A stretch of DNA of 64,000 nucleotides from Amoebophrya sp. A120 (GCA_905178155.1 CAJINV010000008.1:3460013-3524012), one strand, 5' to 3'; counted from the first letter of the stretch, positions 1-13,549 are shown. Notes: generated from the letters alone by a model not told the origin. Made by a program: numbers and translations.

Positions 1-3000
1 ACACCTGCCACAGCAGCGATCGCGGCAGACAGTCTGCTGAAACACCAGGTCAGCCAGGCGAGTCGCGCGTTGCGCGTGGCGCAGGCCATTTTGCGTTTGC
101 TGCACGAGGCGCAGGAGTTGAAGGTGATTCCCCAGGTCTCGCAACTCGAAGAGAACAGCAAGGAACAGCTGCACAACCTCTGCGCCAACATGTTCAGCGA
201 AGATAGTCTGTACTTCCTCGGCAGTGCCAAGGAGCCCCTCGCGGCCGTCAGCTTCGCCCTGACCATGCGGCCCGACTACCGTGGCGGCACGTCCTCCGCG
301 GCGACCGCGCGGGCGCGCGGGGGCCCGTTGCTGGGGGCGATGATCACGTCGACGGACTACTTTTCGCAGTTGCTCGAGGAGTTGGAGCAGCGAAAAGGCG
401 TCAACGCCGAGCAGAACTGCAGCTGGCAAGCCTGCATCGACGGGATTTTCGACCTCGTCCAGGAGCTCCGGATTCCCTTTCTGCTGCCCGCCTCCGCGCG
501 CGGGGAAAATTTCGAGCAGAAGCTGCTGCGGGCGTTGCAGAGCATGGAATTGCTGGAGGATTTCTATTCGACGAATATGCAAAACCAAGGAGATCATCAT
601 GATCCCGCTGAAATGATGAATCAGCTGCAGCCGGAGAGCATTTGGCGCCTGGTTCCGCCGGCGCGGTACTTGTTGGACAAACTGAACTCCTGTCCGTGGG
701 CGCAGGCGACCGACTACGGAATCATCCTAGACCGGCCCGACCAGTGGACCTTTCTGATCAACTATCCCACGAAAAAAGTGTTACAGTGACACATTTGTAA
801 TTCAATTCAGCAACACAAATTTCTCTGCATGAGAGAGAAAACTTGTAATGCATACAATCCTACGGGAAAACACCTATGAAACGAGGCTCCTATGCCGGCA
901 TGACAGAGCTTGTCTGTCTTGCTTGGCCTGCAGCACAATGTGTAACTGTAACACTTTTTTCTTCCCATATCAACGCGGAAAGCAGTTTCTCCGAACTGCA
1001 GAAGAACTCCGGCGTCGCGAAAGCGCAGGCGATCGAGAAGTATCAGCGGGCGTCCCTCAGCCAGCAGGACGACCGCGCGTTGCTTCTGGCGCTCCTACCG
1101 GAGGGCGCGGCGACGGTAGAGCGGCGGAACGTGTACAAGTACTTCCAGGAGAGGAAGCAAGTCCAGGTGTTCCAGAACAAAAGCTACTCCGAAATTCTGG
1201 AAATCTACGCGCGACTGCGAAACTTTTCGAAACTGCAGAAGGAGGCGATGTTTCTGTACCACGAGGTGGTCTTCGAGGGGAAGAATTTGTCGATCACGAA
1301 GAAGATATCAAGTGTAAAAATGTCTGGGTCTGGAAGATTTCGACATTTGTCATGCACATTTTGCATGACTCCTGATGTCTGTGATGCATGCCCTAGCATC
1401 AGAAATTTTTTGAGGGCTTTCTGATGCGTATCCTGCATGACAAATGCCCTCTCCGTGTAGCACAAAATCGAATCCTCTTGCTAGTCATGCAACACAGATT
1501 TTCCTAGAATCCGAAGACAGCATCAGAAGTTGCATCCTTCCAGACCCAGACATTTTTACAATCCATAGAAGAGGCAGATGTACGAAGAGTCCGTCAACCA
1601 GTGGTTCTGGACCGGCATCTATTGTGGAGAAAAATCCTCCCTCCCCATATTAAAGAGGTATGTTTCAACATCTAAAAAATTTGTGATGCTGATTTGTGGC
1701 CACAAATCCTGTCTCTCTTGCAAGAAGGCAAATCCAAAAAATCCGCCGCTTAATGGAGACGATTTGTAATGCTGTTGCACCTACATGGCAGGCCTCTGCT
1801 ATGCTAAGCGCCTACAACAAAACACCCCTACGCAGGCTGAGGCTTTGCCTGTGGTGCCTCACTGCAAGACAGGGCTGATTTGTGTACACAAATCGAGCAA
1901 CAGAAGTTTCCGCTTCAATATGTGGAGGGGAGATTTTTCACTTTGATAGCATCTTGACGCAATTGCGGTATCACAAGTACTGGAGCCTGAACAGATTACG
2001 GAGGAAGGTCGAGGAAGCGGAACGGGAACAGCAGACGAGAGCATCAACTGCAAAAAAGACCGGCAGAAATAATACCGACATTCTGAACAACTTCGCTGCT
2101 CCTGTGGAGGAAGTAAGCGCGAGGACCGTCTCTGTCCCACTTCCGCAGGAGTTGCAGGAGGAGTTCGGTACAACCGGTGCTGCCGCCGAGTTGGAGGAGT
2201 CTACGGACGAGGAAGCGGCACTGCACGAGGATTTTATGCAGGATTTCTTTCAGGAAGAAGACCCGGAGGAAGTGCGGCGGCGCGAGAGGAAGAAGCGAAA
2301 GAAAAGAAAACGACGCGAAAAAGAATTATTACTGCAGCGCCGGCGAGAACAAGAACTGGACGAGGTCTTTACGGGTGGCAATATGTTGTTCCCAACTTCT
2401 GCGGGCGGCCTAGGCGTCACCACCGCTGCGGCAGTGACCGCGACGGGACTCGTATCCTCCTCGGGACAGAACAGCACGAGAGGCGGAGTTCTTGGGTTTC
2501 AAGATGGCGATGATGATGTCGATATGCTGGCGGAACCAGGAAGAACCGAGGGCAATATGCTGTTGCCAGGAGAAGATAAAAATAAACAGATTTTATTGCA
2601 ACCGCATCAACCTGCTGACCTTCACGACGACGAGAGCGAGAAGCAGGAGCTCGCCGCTTTGCGCGACAAGATGCAAAAGTCCTTCGACGGGGTGGAGGAT
2701 GCGAAGCGCATGAAGCTCGCCGGGGCAGAAACAGCAGAAGTGAAAAATTTGCTGGTCGGCGGCGCGACTACTGGTACGGGTACCCACGTCGACTCAGTTG
2801 ACCGACAACTTCACGACCCGTCAGAGGATGTGGGTATGATGAATGCAGAAAAAGAGAACACCGATGCCCTCCCCGAGTTTTTGGAAGAGGAGTTGTCGAA
2901 GGAAAGGAGCAAACCCGGCGATCGCACGAACCGCTCCTCCACATCGTCCGCGTCCTCTACTTCGTCAGAAGAGATGAATTCTTCGCCCAGGAGCCAGGAG

Positions 3001-4860
3001 GATTCCTTCCCCGGCCAGGAGGGCGATTCATTCCCGAAGAAGCGGCGCGTGATGCGAGTGGTAACGCTGAAAGAGGGGTCGACGCTCGTCGACGACTATG
3101 ATAATCTGGAGGCGAACGACAGCGGCAAGAGGAAGAAGAAGGTGTTGGTGTCCTATCAGTACATCTTTGACGACAACATCGACAAATACCTCCAGCTCCG
3201 GGACATGGACCGCAAAAAGAAGTTCGAGCGGCCGTTTCTGGAACTCCAAAAATTGCCCATGTTCAAGGACCTGCATCTCCAGCAAGTTGGCAACGGAAAT
3301 TCTATGTATCCGCAGATGGCTACTGGTGAACAAGCGACTACACTGGCTCGTACAACTAGTGGCCCCGCCAACATGTCGTCGTCGCAGGCTGTACGATTTC
3401 CAAATCAGCAAACGCCAGGTACTATGACTAGTTCTTTCGCCGAGGGGGCCGCAGCAGCAGGGTCAACTACGGGGTTTGCACCGCAACCGCAAGGATCATC
3501 TCAGCAGCAATTTTTATCCGGAACAGCAGCAGCAGCAGAAGTTCCGTATCCAGACCCACTCGGAGGTACTTTCTCGTCCGAGACGACAGCTGCACTTCTA
3601 CGCGCAGCCGCGCTCCCGGCCGTGCGGGCACGGGAAAAGGCGGATTTCGAATGTGCGGAACGCATCGATGGCAGCAAGGCGGACGTGCCGCGGGACCAGC
3701 GGTACGTGAAACGCCGGGAGCGGGGGGAGGAGAAGCGGAAGCAAAAATTGGTCGAGAAGGAGGAGCAGCGAAAACGCGGGAACCACGCGTGGCAGCTGTC
3801 GCGGTACCAGAAGAAGACGTGGCTGAGAAATCTGCAGCTCAAGTTCCCGACCAACACGAAATGGCTGGGAAAGCCCGGCAAAGAAGCCCAGTGGCAGGAC
3901 GCGCGGGCGTTGCGCGCGGCCGCGGCGGCCGCAGCAGAGAAGGAAGATTTGCACAAAGCAGGTGGAGCTGGAGGTACGCGTAGTACGACAGGTCGAAAGA
4001 ATAGCACACATAATTTCATCGGAAAAGAAGTACCACCTGGACAAACAAGTAGCAGTGCATTACCCTTTGCAGTAGAACAACAAGCGATGTTGAACCGAGC
4101 AGCTGCGCGGACCGGCAGAACACGGACAGATTCGGGCTTGATCCAGTTGAAAAAGCATTACCAGGAGAGGTCCGACGTGGAAGATGAAATATCATTATCA
4201 GGACAGCATCTTCGACAAGAAACAGACGGAAAAGATGCAGAGAAACGCTTTGATCCTGGCTCGAGATTTGAGGGCGACGATAATCTAGCCATGGACGGTC
4301 CTTTTCACCATGCTGATTCCACGATGCAGCGCAAGTACAGCGAACGCAAGTACAGTTCCTCTTTCAATAACCTCGAAGAAGTATATGGGAATGAAGACCT
4401 GTTGACCGCTGGAGGTCATATCCAAGAAGGAGGCGAGCAAAATTATGGGTCGTTATTTCCGGCACACGGAGGTTTCGCTGGCGCTGGTGCTCCGGGACTT
4501 GTTCTTCCTCAACAAGAACTACAAGGTTCCTCTTCGCAGCAACAATTCTTCGGTTCTTCCTCCGCGTCCTCGGCAGATGTCCATCTTCGACAAGCCGGCG
4601 GAAATGTGGATTCCTTTGGTATTTTCGGTGCGCCGCAAACGCAAGTCCAAGTCAACAATCCCATGATGAACCTGGATGAAATTAATGCGGGACATCCACA
4701 AGCCGGGAGCTTTAACTTTTACAGTCGCGCGCCGGACGAGGTAGGTGACAAAATGGAGGACAACGAGGCGGAAAATTCCTCGGCCAGCAGCTCCGATGCC
4801 AAGGACCGAGCCTTCTACAAAGCAATGCGGGGTGCGGGCCGGGAAGGGGGCAGAAGATGA
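1..4860 (+). CDS. Large hypothetical protein, 5'-partial; exons joined across three introners (763-969, 1306-1567, 1620-1948)
   Basis: Frame is open from base 1. Removing each element plus one TSD joins the ORFs in frame: FLIN|AESSF, ITKK|RQMYEESV, TGI|LTQLRYHKYW. Long charged/low-complexity last exon ends at TGA 4858-4860. No family recognised. Confidence 0.8.
763..969. mobile_element. Introner, family C (TIR TAT..GAAAAAAGTGTTACAGT)
   Basis: TAT...ATA ends, inverted repeat, perfect TSD TCAAC (758-762, 970-974); excision restores frame. Confidence 0.92.
1306..1567. mobile_element. Introner, family A (TIR TGTAAAAATGTCTGGGTCTGGAAG)
   Basis: TAT...ATA ends, TSD GAAGA (1301-1305, 1568-1572); frame restored. 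Confidence 0.95.
1620..1948. mobile_element. Introner, family B (TIR GAAAAATC-C-rich)
   Basis: TAT...ATA ends, TSD GCATC (1615-1619, 1949-1953); frame restored. Confidence 0.92.
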
Positions 4861-5884
4861 AAAAGACGAGCTTCTAGAGTTAAAACATTAGTTATAGTGA
4901 CATGCTTGGACAACTTGCAGCATTCGCGACAAATGCGAGGACATCTTCAAACCTAAGAATCCACACGAAATCAAGAACGATGACACGCGACCATTAATAC
5001 TCCTGAGAATCAACACGTTAGTAGTTGTACAGATAAACTACAAGCGATTGCAGCATTAACAGAAAAGCTTAAGCTTCAACACATTTCTTTTGTCTTCGAT
5101 CGAAACCGTCTCTTCGCCAAGGACCGATCGAGCTTTTAGACATGTGTAGTGTGATCAAGCGGCCTGCCGTCGATATCTGCGGCGTTGATCATCAGAACTA
5201 AACGTCGTCTGGTGAAGATTTTTGCTACCATCATAATGGAAGAAGTTAGCGTCGGTCGTTCATCTTCACTACTTATTCTGTTCGGAAATCACCAGTGTTG
5301 TGGGTCGTTGCGAAAGCAGGTCTCGTCCGCTATATTAAAAACGGGGTAATTCTTCTTGTCCTTTCTGTCGTTTCAAAGGGGTGGGTGGTTGTGTGTATGA
5401 GGGAATTTGACTACTTGCACTTTTGCCACTTCGCAAGAAAACACGACAAAGGGCTGCTCTTCTCCGTATTCTTCGTTGCAAGGGCGACACGTATCGTAGA
5501 AGGGATTTTTGATACGTGTCTTTTTTCGCATTGGTTACAAAGAGGGCCAAGAATCAACTTAATCCGCCCACCTTGTCGCAACCTCTCTCAGCTGCGACCA
5601 TAGTGTTTTTTTTGAAGGAACAACGGGGTAGATCCCAACTAGAAGTAGAATTCAACTCGTCGCTTGTGAATAACTCTCATCTACTATAATTCTCGTATAC
5701 TCTCTCGAAGATCGTTGGGCGGACCGGGGGTCGTTACACGATAAAGAACGGTGAGAAGGAAACCTCGCTACACCAGCATCGTCACCCAAAGAAATCTTTT
5801 CAAGCGCCACTCATTGATTTCCAATCCGTATAATCGTACAGTAAACCACCTACCGAGACTGCAAAAATATCAAACAACAGCACG

Positions 5885-8800
5885 ATGGTTCGTTTTCGTC
5901 TGTTGCGTGTCTTTTCATCCGCCCTGGTGCCTCTTCATCATTGTGGTCGTTCTTCATGGCAGCTGCACCTCTTCTTCTGCTGCTCGAGGTTGGCGGCGCT
6001 TGGTACTACAGGAGGCAAGGAACAAGTTGCGGACGTGAAAAATATTGTGGGTAAGAAGACGAGCAACAGTGAGAAGGATCACGACCGCGGAGGAGGAGGA
6101 GGAGGTAGTAGATATGGAAAGCAGAAGGCAGAAATGGAAGTTGACGCGGAAGGAACAAATCACGCGGATGCGGATCCACCATCAGTTCAATATTTTACTG
6201 CGGATGAAGAACAAGACCAAGAGCAGGTGCAAGATCAACAAGAAGATCGTTCTTGGGACGAAGCGCGTCCCGCGAGAAAAATCGTGACGAAGCAAGCATC
6301 GACCGCAGCAGATTTTTTCCAACTGAAGACGCAGAACAGAAACACACAAACTGAAGGACAACTGCAGTTTCTCGCGAGAGAAAACGAAGGGAATAAATTG
6401 TTTTTGAACACGAGAACGGAAGAACACATCGCCAGTACTACAGCTACAGAGAAGAAGCGCCTGTTGTCGCAACAGGAGGAACTACATCATCAAGCAGAGA
6501 GCAGGAACAGTCTCAGTCAAGCTCAAGCTCGTGGTAGTGGCTTTTGGCGCGGTGGGGAGCAGAACACGACCAGCGACAGCTTGGCGACCGCCGATGGGGG
6601 AGACCAAAAAGAGAAGAAGTTGTCGGAGGGCGAGCCCGGATCGGCTTCATCTGCGGGAGCAGGACCGACTCGCAAAAATGAGCTGCAGCATCTGGTTCGT
6701 CAACCGGTGCCTGGCTCCCTGAGGAAGGAGTTTACCGTTGGACCCTTTGGCGTGGAGCAGGGCTTGGCAGCGTTCGCTACCTCGTGGACGCACCACACCC
6801 TGAAGATGAAAGCGGAGGTGGTCGACTGTGAGGAAAGTGAAAGTGGTGCCGATGTTGACAGCAGGAACACCGGCGGACCTTCTACTTCGAGCGCGGGAAC
6901 TTCTGCCAGTAGGGACATCCGCTTGGTTTACGTCTTCTCGGAAGAGCTCTCCTCCGCCGTGGTGGAGCATTGCAAACAGGCGGTCCCGGAGGACCATCGG
7001 CAGTTGGCCAGTGCGGATCGTGGCAGTGCTGCGGCCGCAAGACAGCTATGCAAAGAAAAAAATTTTACAGTAACACATTGTGATGCAAAACATGCAAAAC
7101 AGACGACCTCATTTATAATGCGCAAAATGCTTGCGAGTATGATCTCTGCATTAATATGCTGAATTCACTACAAATGTGTAACTGTTGTAACACTTTTTTC
7201 CTTGGATAACTGGCCGCGGGCGCATACAATTACCCACACGAAAAAATATTAAACGCCAACCCTGTACTAGGTCGTGACCACGTTGAACCAGATGCACAGC
7301 GGCCCCCACGTACGCTGGTCGTCAGGCTCTGGTTTCCCACGAAATTTGCGCGGGGTGCCTTTTTTTCTGGGGAGGACCGCACGGTGTACCGCCGGAAGTT
7401 CTACGCGCGCCGCCCCATCTATGGAAGTGTCAGAATCAAAATTGACAAAATCGAAAAATTTGTGATGCACAAAATCGATACCAGTTGAAGCCTCAGCTTT
7501 CAAGTGGCGCATGACAAATTTCGGGAGCACCAAAATCCAGTTTGTCATGCTGTTTGGGCAAAGAAGACTGCTCCTCTCATGCTACTCTGGCAGTACATGT
7601 TTAGGACTAAACTGGCGTGCAATCGGTCTCATTTGCCTCCTCTCCAACACAGGCCTTATGTGCTCTACGTTTTATGCATTACAAATTTTTCGATTTTGTC
7701 GATTTGGATCCTGACACTCCCATACCATCCCGGAGTACATCGAGGACATCTCTTATGCAAGAAAAAAACTGTGTAAGTGTAAATCTGTAATGCAGAACAC
7801 GCAACAGAGTTACCAGACAGACATGAAGTTCTCTTTTCCTGTGTGTTTTCCCTTACAAGCCACGCATGACAGGTTTTCTCTGTCATGTAGAGCAAATTTG
7901 TGATGCTGTCAGCCCAAGATAGTTACACCAACACAGTTTTTTTCTTGGATATCTCTCGTCCGGAAGGAGAAGCCCTGTCCTTCGCGACGACGTTTCTGCA
8001 GGTGATAGAGGCGGTTCGCCTTCAGCTCCACGACGGAAAGGATTTTCTCCTCAGGGAGGACAGCGTCGGCGCAAGTCCAGCCCGCCCGGGACCGAGAATC
8101 ATGCGGACGCTGGTCGGGAAGCGGCTGAGTGCCGTGACGGCGTGGCAGATTTTCGCGACGTCTCCGGTGCATTTATTTGACCAGCTTCTGCTGATTGATC
8201 CGGATTTCCCGACCTGCAGCACCCTAGGACAGTGCACAACTCTCCCTCGTCCCCCTCATTTTACGCCTTGGCCCTTGATGGCACTGTTTGCATGACAAGT
8301 AGTTCTGGCAGCCGAGTAAATAGCACTACACTCCTGGCCAAATTTGTCATGTAAAACGTGTATTCTTGCTGACGCTTGTATTGCTCCTGTTGATGCAATA
8401 CTACAAATGAGGGGGAGGGCGAGTTGTGCACTGTCATACACCCGGTATCTGCTGCAGAAGGTTGGCGTCAAGTACGCGGAGAGCTCCAAACTCGCCGGCA
8501 GTCCGGAAGCGCGCGCGAATCTCCGCTTCGGCTTGCAGCCGCGCGCGAATCCCGAGAATACGGAGGCGGCGAAGGCCGACAATCTGGCCGCAGAGGACCT
8601 GATTGCCGAACTGTCGGACGCCACGTACACGTCCCCGGCGGAGTATCTGAAGTTTCGGGACTACCTCGAATATTTGTACGACGACAGGAAAGACGGCCCC
8701 GTCACCCTCACGTCCGCCACCAACTCGGTCCAGGACCAGTTTCCTGGGGAGAGGGAGCTTGTGCTCCCAATCATCAACCAGTACATCTCGTCTACTCGGG

Positions 8801-10839
8801 AAGAGGAACAAGAAGCCAAGATGCGACATCAACTGTACCACGGTGCAGTGGACCTTGTTGAAAACGACGCTGCGGCGGAGGCGTGGGCGGTGCGACGGGC
8901 GGCCCGGGTGGCGTACCCCGTCACGCTGAGCGAGTTCGAGCACGAGAAGGAGTATTTCAATACCCACAATTTCCCCGTCTACCTGGGCGTCGCGAGCCTG
9001 GCCTCCGGCACGCCGACGAAAATTGCGATGGCGCAGAAGTTTTTCTTCCTCCAGGAGCAGCTGGACAAGCACTGCTACGGTGCCGCGGAAGACCCCACCT
9101 GCCCACAGGTGACGCCGGAGGAGATATCAACATGAAAAATCCCCCCTTCTCGTCGTCGTCGTGGTCCCCATATTCAAAAAAAAACTTGAACTTCTGATGC
9201 TGGATTTCTTTCCGTACACAAATAATAATAAGCTCCGTCTTGCACTTGCAAATGGGGACTGCAGGCACATCCCTAGCCTGTCTAGGAGCGGCATTCGGGT
9301 GTAGCTGCTGCTGTTCATGGCAAACGGCCCAAAATAAAGCATGTGAAATCACGACCTCCACAATAGGGCGCACAGACTAGACATGCCTTCCTGCAAAACA
9401 AAGCTGGTCTGTGGCGCCAAATCTGCAACACAAACTGTCCTTTTAAGTACGGGGAGGGAGGATTGTCGCTCACAATAGGAGACGCGTAATTTTCGCCGGA
9501 CAAAACTGCACCAGCGCAAACTTGACAGCACCAGAAACCGGCTGTTCCGGGAGCAGTGGCTGGACCGCCTGCAAGAAGAGTATGCGGACTTTATTTCGCG
9601 GTGGTGTCCTCTCACGACAGAGGAAGTGGAGGACGCCAAGAACAGTACGCTCGTGGAGGATCTGCCACTTCGGATAGCCTGATCAAAAACGTCCCCACCC
9701 CAGAGTTCGTTGTCATGCAGGTTTCTTTGCAATTAGTTGGCATGCGTGACTCCCAAAACTTCTGCATTTGTGATGCTAAGATCCCAAGAACTTGACTCTG
9801 GGTGGGGGACGTTTTTGCTCAGGATTTCAGGGGAGCGAGAAGACCTATCGCGGAGCGAGAAGACCTACCGCGCCGCGCATCGGAGGACGCCGCGCGGGGT
9901 CCCAAAGTCTTCGAGTACGGTCTCATCGGCAAAACCAGTTGACGGGGAACGAGGCTGCGGACGATATGAAACAGAGTCCAGGTGGACCACGACGAGATAT
10001 GACTACCCCACAGAACCTCAAAGCTTCTAGCAAGTGCGAGTCGACGTTTGCAGTTGCACCCCCACCACGGAAGATCGCTGTGCTGTACGGCATATCAAAT
10101 GTAAAAATGTCTGGGTCCTCTGGAAGGGTTGGAACTTGTGATGCAAACTCTGGAACACACAAAAATTTGTGTTGCATGAGCGCGAAAAGCTGTCCATTTC
10201 TTGGTACGCACGTAGGAAGTTTCTCATGCGGGACAGGCATCATGAGGCGTGCTCAAAACCTGTGATGCTTTTGCCTGCATCAGACGCCATTTGTGTGATC
10301 GGAAATATGCATGACACATCTCGCAATCTTCCAGACCCAGACATTGTTGCATTTGATACGGCAACGACCTGCCACGGCCCGCCGACGGGTCGATCACACC
10401 GAACATGTTCGATTGGATTCCTTTATCAAATGCAAACATGTCTAGGTCTGGAAACTTGTGATGCTAAAATGTGCATGATGAAAGCACTTCCGAATGCAGT
10501 CCGGCATGATAACTTCCCAAAACGCTTTCTCATAGGCAATTCGCATGAGAAACATGCAATGATGATGATGATAATGACAAAAGAGGCTGCGAGTTTTGTT
10601 GGTTATGCAATACAGATTCTCTAGGTATGGAAAGCTAGCATTACAAGTTGCAATCTTCCAGACCCAGACATTTTTACAATCCATATCCTTTCCAAGCCGC
10701 TTTGTTTGTGGACCACGTGAACCACTTGAACTTGCCGAACTTGCAAGTGAAACAGGACAAGTTTGTACAGGGAGAGGACGGCACAACGGACAGCCCGGCC
10801 ACCGTCGCGCTAGGCTTCAAGCTACTGGGGGGTTTGTAG
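5885..10839 (+). CDS. Hypothetical protein split by 8 introners
   Basis: In-frame joins after excision: RRPI|PEYIEDIS|RPEG, CST|RYLLQK, PEE|TRNF, LYG|NDLP, WIP|FQAAL; stop TAG 10837-10839. The junction at 9675-9826 is the least certain. Function unknown. Confidence 0.72.
7047..7208. mobile_element. Introner, family C, diverged TSD
   Basis: TAT...ATA ends, TIR like 763-969, flanks ACAGC/ACTGG; frame restored. Confidence 0.8.
7420..7724. mobile_element. Introner, family D (TIR TATGGAAGTGTCAG)
   Basis: Long TIR of about 50 bp, TSD CCATC (7415-7419, 7725-7729). Confidence 0.93.
7754..7951. mobile_element. Introner, family C-like
   Basis: TIR CAAGAAAAAAACTGTGT, TSD TCTCT (7749-7753, 7952-7956). 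Confidence 0.9.
8225..8438. mobile_element. Introner, family E (TIR GACAGTGCACAACTC)
   Basis: TAG...ATA ends, TSD CACCC (8220-8224, 8439-8443); frame restored. Confidence 0.9.
9125..9477. mobile_element. Introner, family B
   Basis: TAT...ATA ends, TSD GGAGA (9120-9124, 9478-9482); frame restored. Confidence 0.88.
9675..9826. mobile_element. Introner, family F (TIR AAAAACGTCCCCACCC), degenerate ends
   Basis: Clear TIR; ends are TAG/ATT and flanks TCGGA/TCAGG. Confidence 0.75.
9832..9871 (+). repeat. 20-bp tandem duplication GGAGCGAGAAGACCTAYCGC x2
   Basis: Two copies with one mismatch, just downstream of an introner. Confidence 0.85.
10093..10358. mobile_element. Introner, family A
   Basis: TSD CGGCA (10088-10092, 10359-10363); frame restored. 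Confidence 0.93.
10424..10685. mobile_element. Introner, family A
   Basis: TSD TCCTT (10419-10423, 10686-10690); frame restored. Confidence 0.93.
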
Positions 10840-11426
10840 CAGCGGGGATGAGAAGATGAAACTACAAGGCGTGATGTGAGCATGCAGCGATAAAACATGA
10901 CAAACATGAAGTGAATGTGAAGCACGTGATACCGGATTTAATGTTGAAAGAATGTCGGAGATCATCTTCCTTTTAGAAACCAACTTCGAGTGAGCGGCAC
11001 AGCAGCTCAGTTTCAGAAACGCAACTGTCTTTCTACGCTGCACGGAGCATTGACTCTTCTTCGTCGTAGAAGCGTCGCTGGAACAACGGTTGCCGGTCAT
11101 GCCTATGCCTGTGACACGTACAGCGGTGGAGCCTTCTAAAAACAAACTCGTCAATTTGTATGCGTATCTTTCACCTTTTATTGTACGTAGTGTGCATGTT
11201 CGTCCGTTTTTCTTTTTCGAGAGTCGACTACACGGAAGATAAGAAGAGCTGGGCATTACTTGCTGTTACTTCGACGTTCTTGGCAACAAAAATCAAAAAA
11301 GTAATATCTTTTTTTACATCTGGTATCGTTTATTTTCATTTGATACACGAGCTGCCATGGAATTATTCTGTTCTTCGGAGTCTGAAAAATCGCTTAAATT
11401 GACTAAGAAGTAAGAAACAGCTATCT

Positions 11427-13549
11427 ATGTCATCATCGTCGACTTCCCCATCCAGTGGGGTTTTTGTCCCAGCTTCTGCAGAAGCACTCGCATTAGCGCA
11501 AAACCGCATTCGGTTTCACTTGCTGATGCCAAGCCATGCGGGCGTCGCGGACCTCAGTTTCTCTCTTCGCGAAGAGGAGCCGCCTGGGACGCAGCAGAAC
11601 AATGCGACGGACTGGACCAACGCGCGCGTCGCTTGCGTTGTGGTGAGGGGAAAATTTGTATTGGAAAACAAAAACGAGAACAACATCTCGTCGTCGACGT
11701 CCACAGCTGGTGCTGATGTGAAGACAACTAGCTTCCGCTTGAAACAGTACCTCGCGAATGATTACTGCCCCGCTCCGTACCCGCACGCGGCACTCTGCCC
11801 CGGTTGGGGGGAGGTCAAAGAGACGTTTTTGTGTCATTCCTCTTCCGAAGTAGGTCCCAGTACCATAGCTGCCCCCGAGGTCGGAGCCTTTGCGGGGGTC
11901 GACTACGGGGGCCAAACGTGCGCCTGCGTCGCGCTCTTCGGCACCCTGGTCGAGATGCGGCTGTTGAGCAAGGGTCGTGGAGCAGCAGGCACTTGCAAGC
12001 AGCTCGTCGACGAAGTCTTCGAACCCGTCCTGAGCTCCCTCCGAGTAGCGGTTGCATCTGTGCATTGCAATAAACATGTCTGGGTCTGGAAGATGAAGCC
12101 GAGTTGTTCTGTGTGATGCTAGGTCCTCCTGCTCCCGGAGAGGAGGACACGAAGTTCTGTATTGCATGAGCAGGAAGTAGAGAACACACCCGATCATTTT
12201 GGTCGCGCTAAGGCGGTATCTATTTCAACATATGCAGGATAGGCACTGGGGATCTTATCCGTGTCAAAACTTGTGATGCTACAGCTCGCAGTCTAGAGCT
12301 TCTGAGGCATGCCAGAGCCAGACACGCTCACGCATGGCAAAAAGGAAAAACTGCATTCTTCCAGACCCAGAGGTGTTTCCACTTGATAGCATCTTCTTCG
12401 CTGCTACCTACAAGAACTATGCGGGAGGAGGAAAAATTATGCACCGATGCAGCCAAGAACACCGGTCAGTCAGGAAGCACAAGCTCTTCAGCCAGCGCCG
12501 CAACAGGTTGTAGAATCGCCATGATCATCCCCTATGCAAAGGCATGCTACTGGTCTCGGCACCCGGGTGCCACGCATGGGTACCGCGGACCCAGTTCGCT
12601 GTTTGACATTCCCTGGAACTATGGTCGGAAGGGCGTTGTCCCGGTGTGGAAAGTGGCTGGGGAAGCGGGAGACGACGTCGCCGCAGCGGCCCGTACGTTG
12701 GTGGTAGTCGGTGAAGGCCGCACACAGACTACACAATACCATCTCGACAGCGTCGGGGTGCTATATCGTGAAGAGGACAACGTGGTCCCTAAAGGTGCGC
12801 ACTCTCCTGCTTCGGGTCGTGCGCCCGGTCGTGAAAAGAGGAAAATTGTCGAAACGCTCTTGCTGTACCGCTGTGGGCCGCACCATTTTGTGTGGCTTCG
12901 CCGATATGCTAGATAAAATAGAGCGCACCTATTGCAGACAAAAAAAAGAATTTGTGTGGCTATTTTTCTGGCACAAAGAAATGTGGACACCAGGAGAGCG
13001 GCTATTTTCTGTCATGCAGAACGCGTTTTGTAATGGTACTGGTAGCTGGTGAAAACTAGAGAGGTCCCAAAAAAGTTTGTCATGTCGAGCAAACAGAAAG
13101 AGGATCGTCGTACGTAGATACAGCACTACAAGTTGACTTTTTTCTGGCACGGGTGGACTTTAAGTTTAACTTTTCTGTAGTATATCCAAACTTCGTCCTG
13201 CGCCCATTGGCCTCCCAAGAAGGGGCCGTTTCCGCTTGCGAATGGGGAGTACCCGAAGGAAATGACGGTTGGGGAAGAAGATGGTGGTGCTGCAAGTAAG
13301 ACCCAAACAGACGGCGCAGCGAAAAATTCCATCTACGTCGCTTGCTGTGACGAACGCATCGGAGCCTGGGATGCTGTATGGCGGTCGAAGCCAACACACG
13401 AAGGGGACAACGAAGGCACGGATCTTGATGCTGATTATGTGGTGCTCTTGCAAGCGTCACCGAGCGCGCAGATGGACAAGGACGGCTTTTTTAGGATGTT
13501 GGACGCGGCGATGAAACTAGCTGCGTCCTTGTGGTCATCTACTTCCTGA
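11427..13549 (+). CDS. Hypothetical protein, 3 exons
   Basis: ORFs 11427, 12383 and 13262 join in frame after removing elements 12059-12388 and 12905-13184. Confidence 0.65.
12059..12388. mobile_element. Introner, family A (diverged, TGT start)
   Basis: TIR GTCTGGGTCTGGAAG, TSD GCATC (12054-12058, 12389-12393). Confidence 0.88.
12905..13184. mobile_element. Decayed introner
   Basis: TAT...ATA ends, weak TIR, flanks GCCGA/TCCAA, internal TGTCATG motifs; frame restored. Confidence 0.55.
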
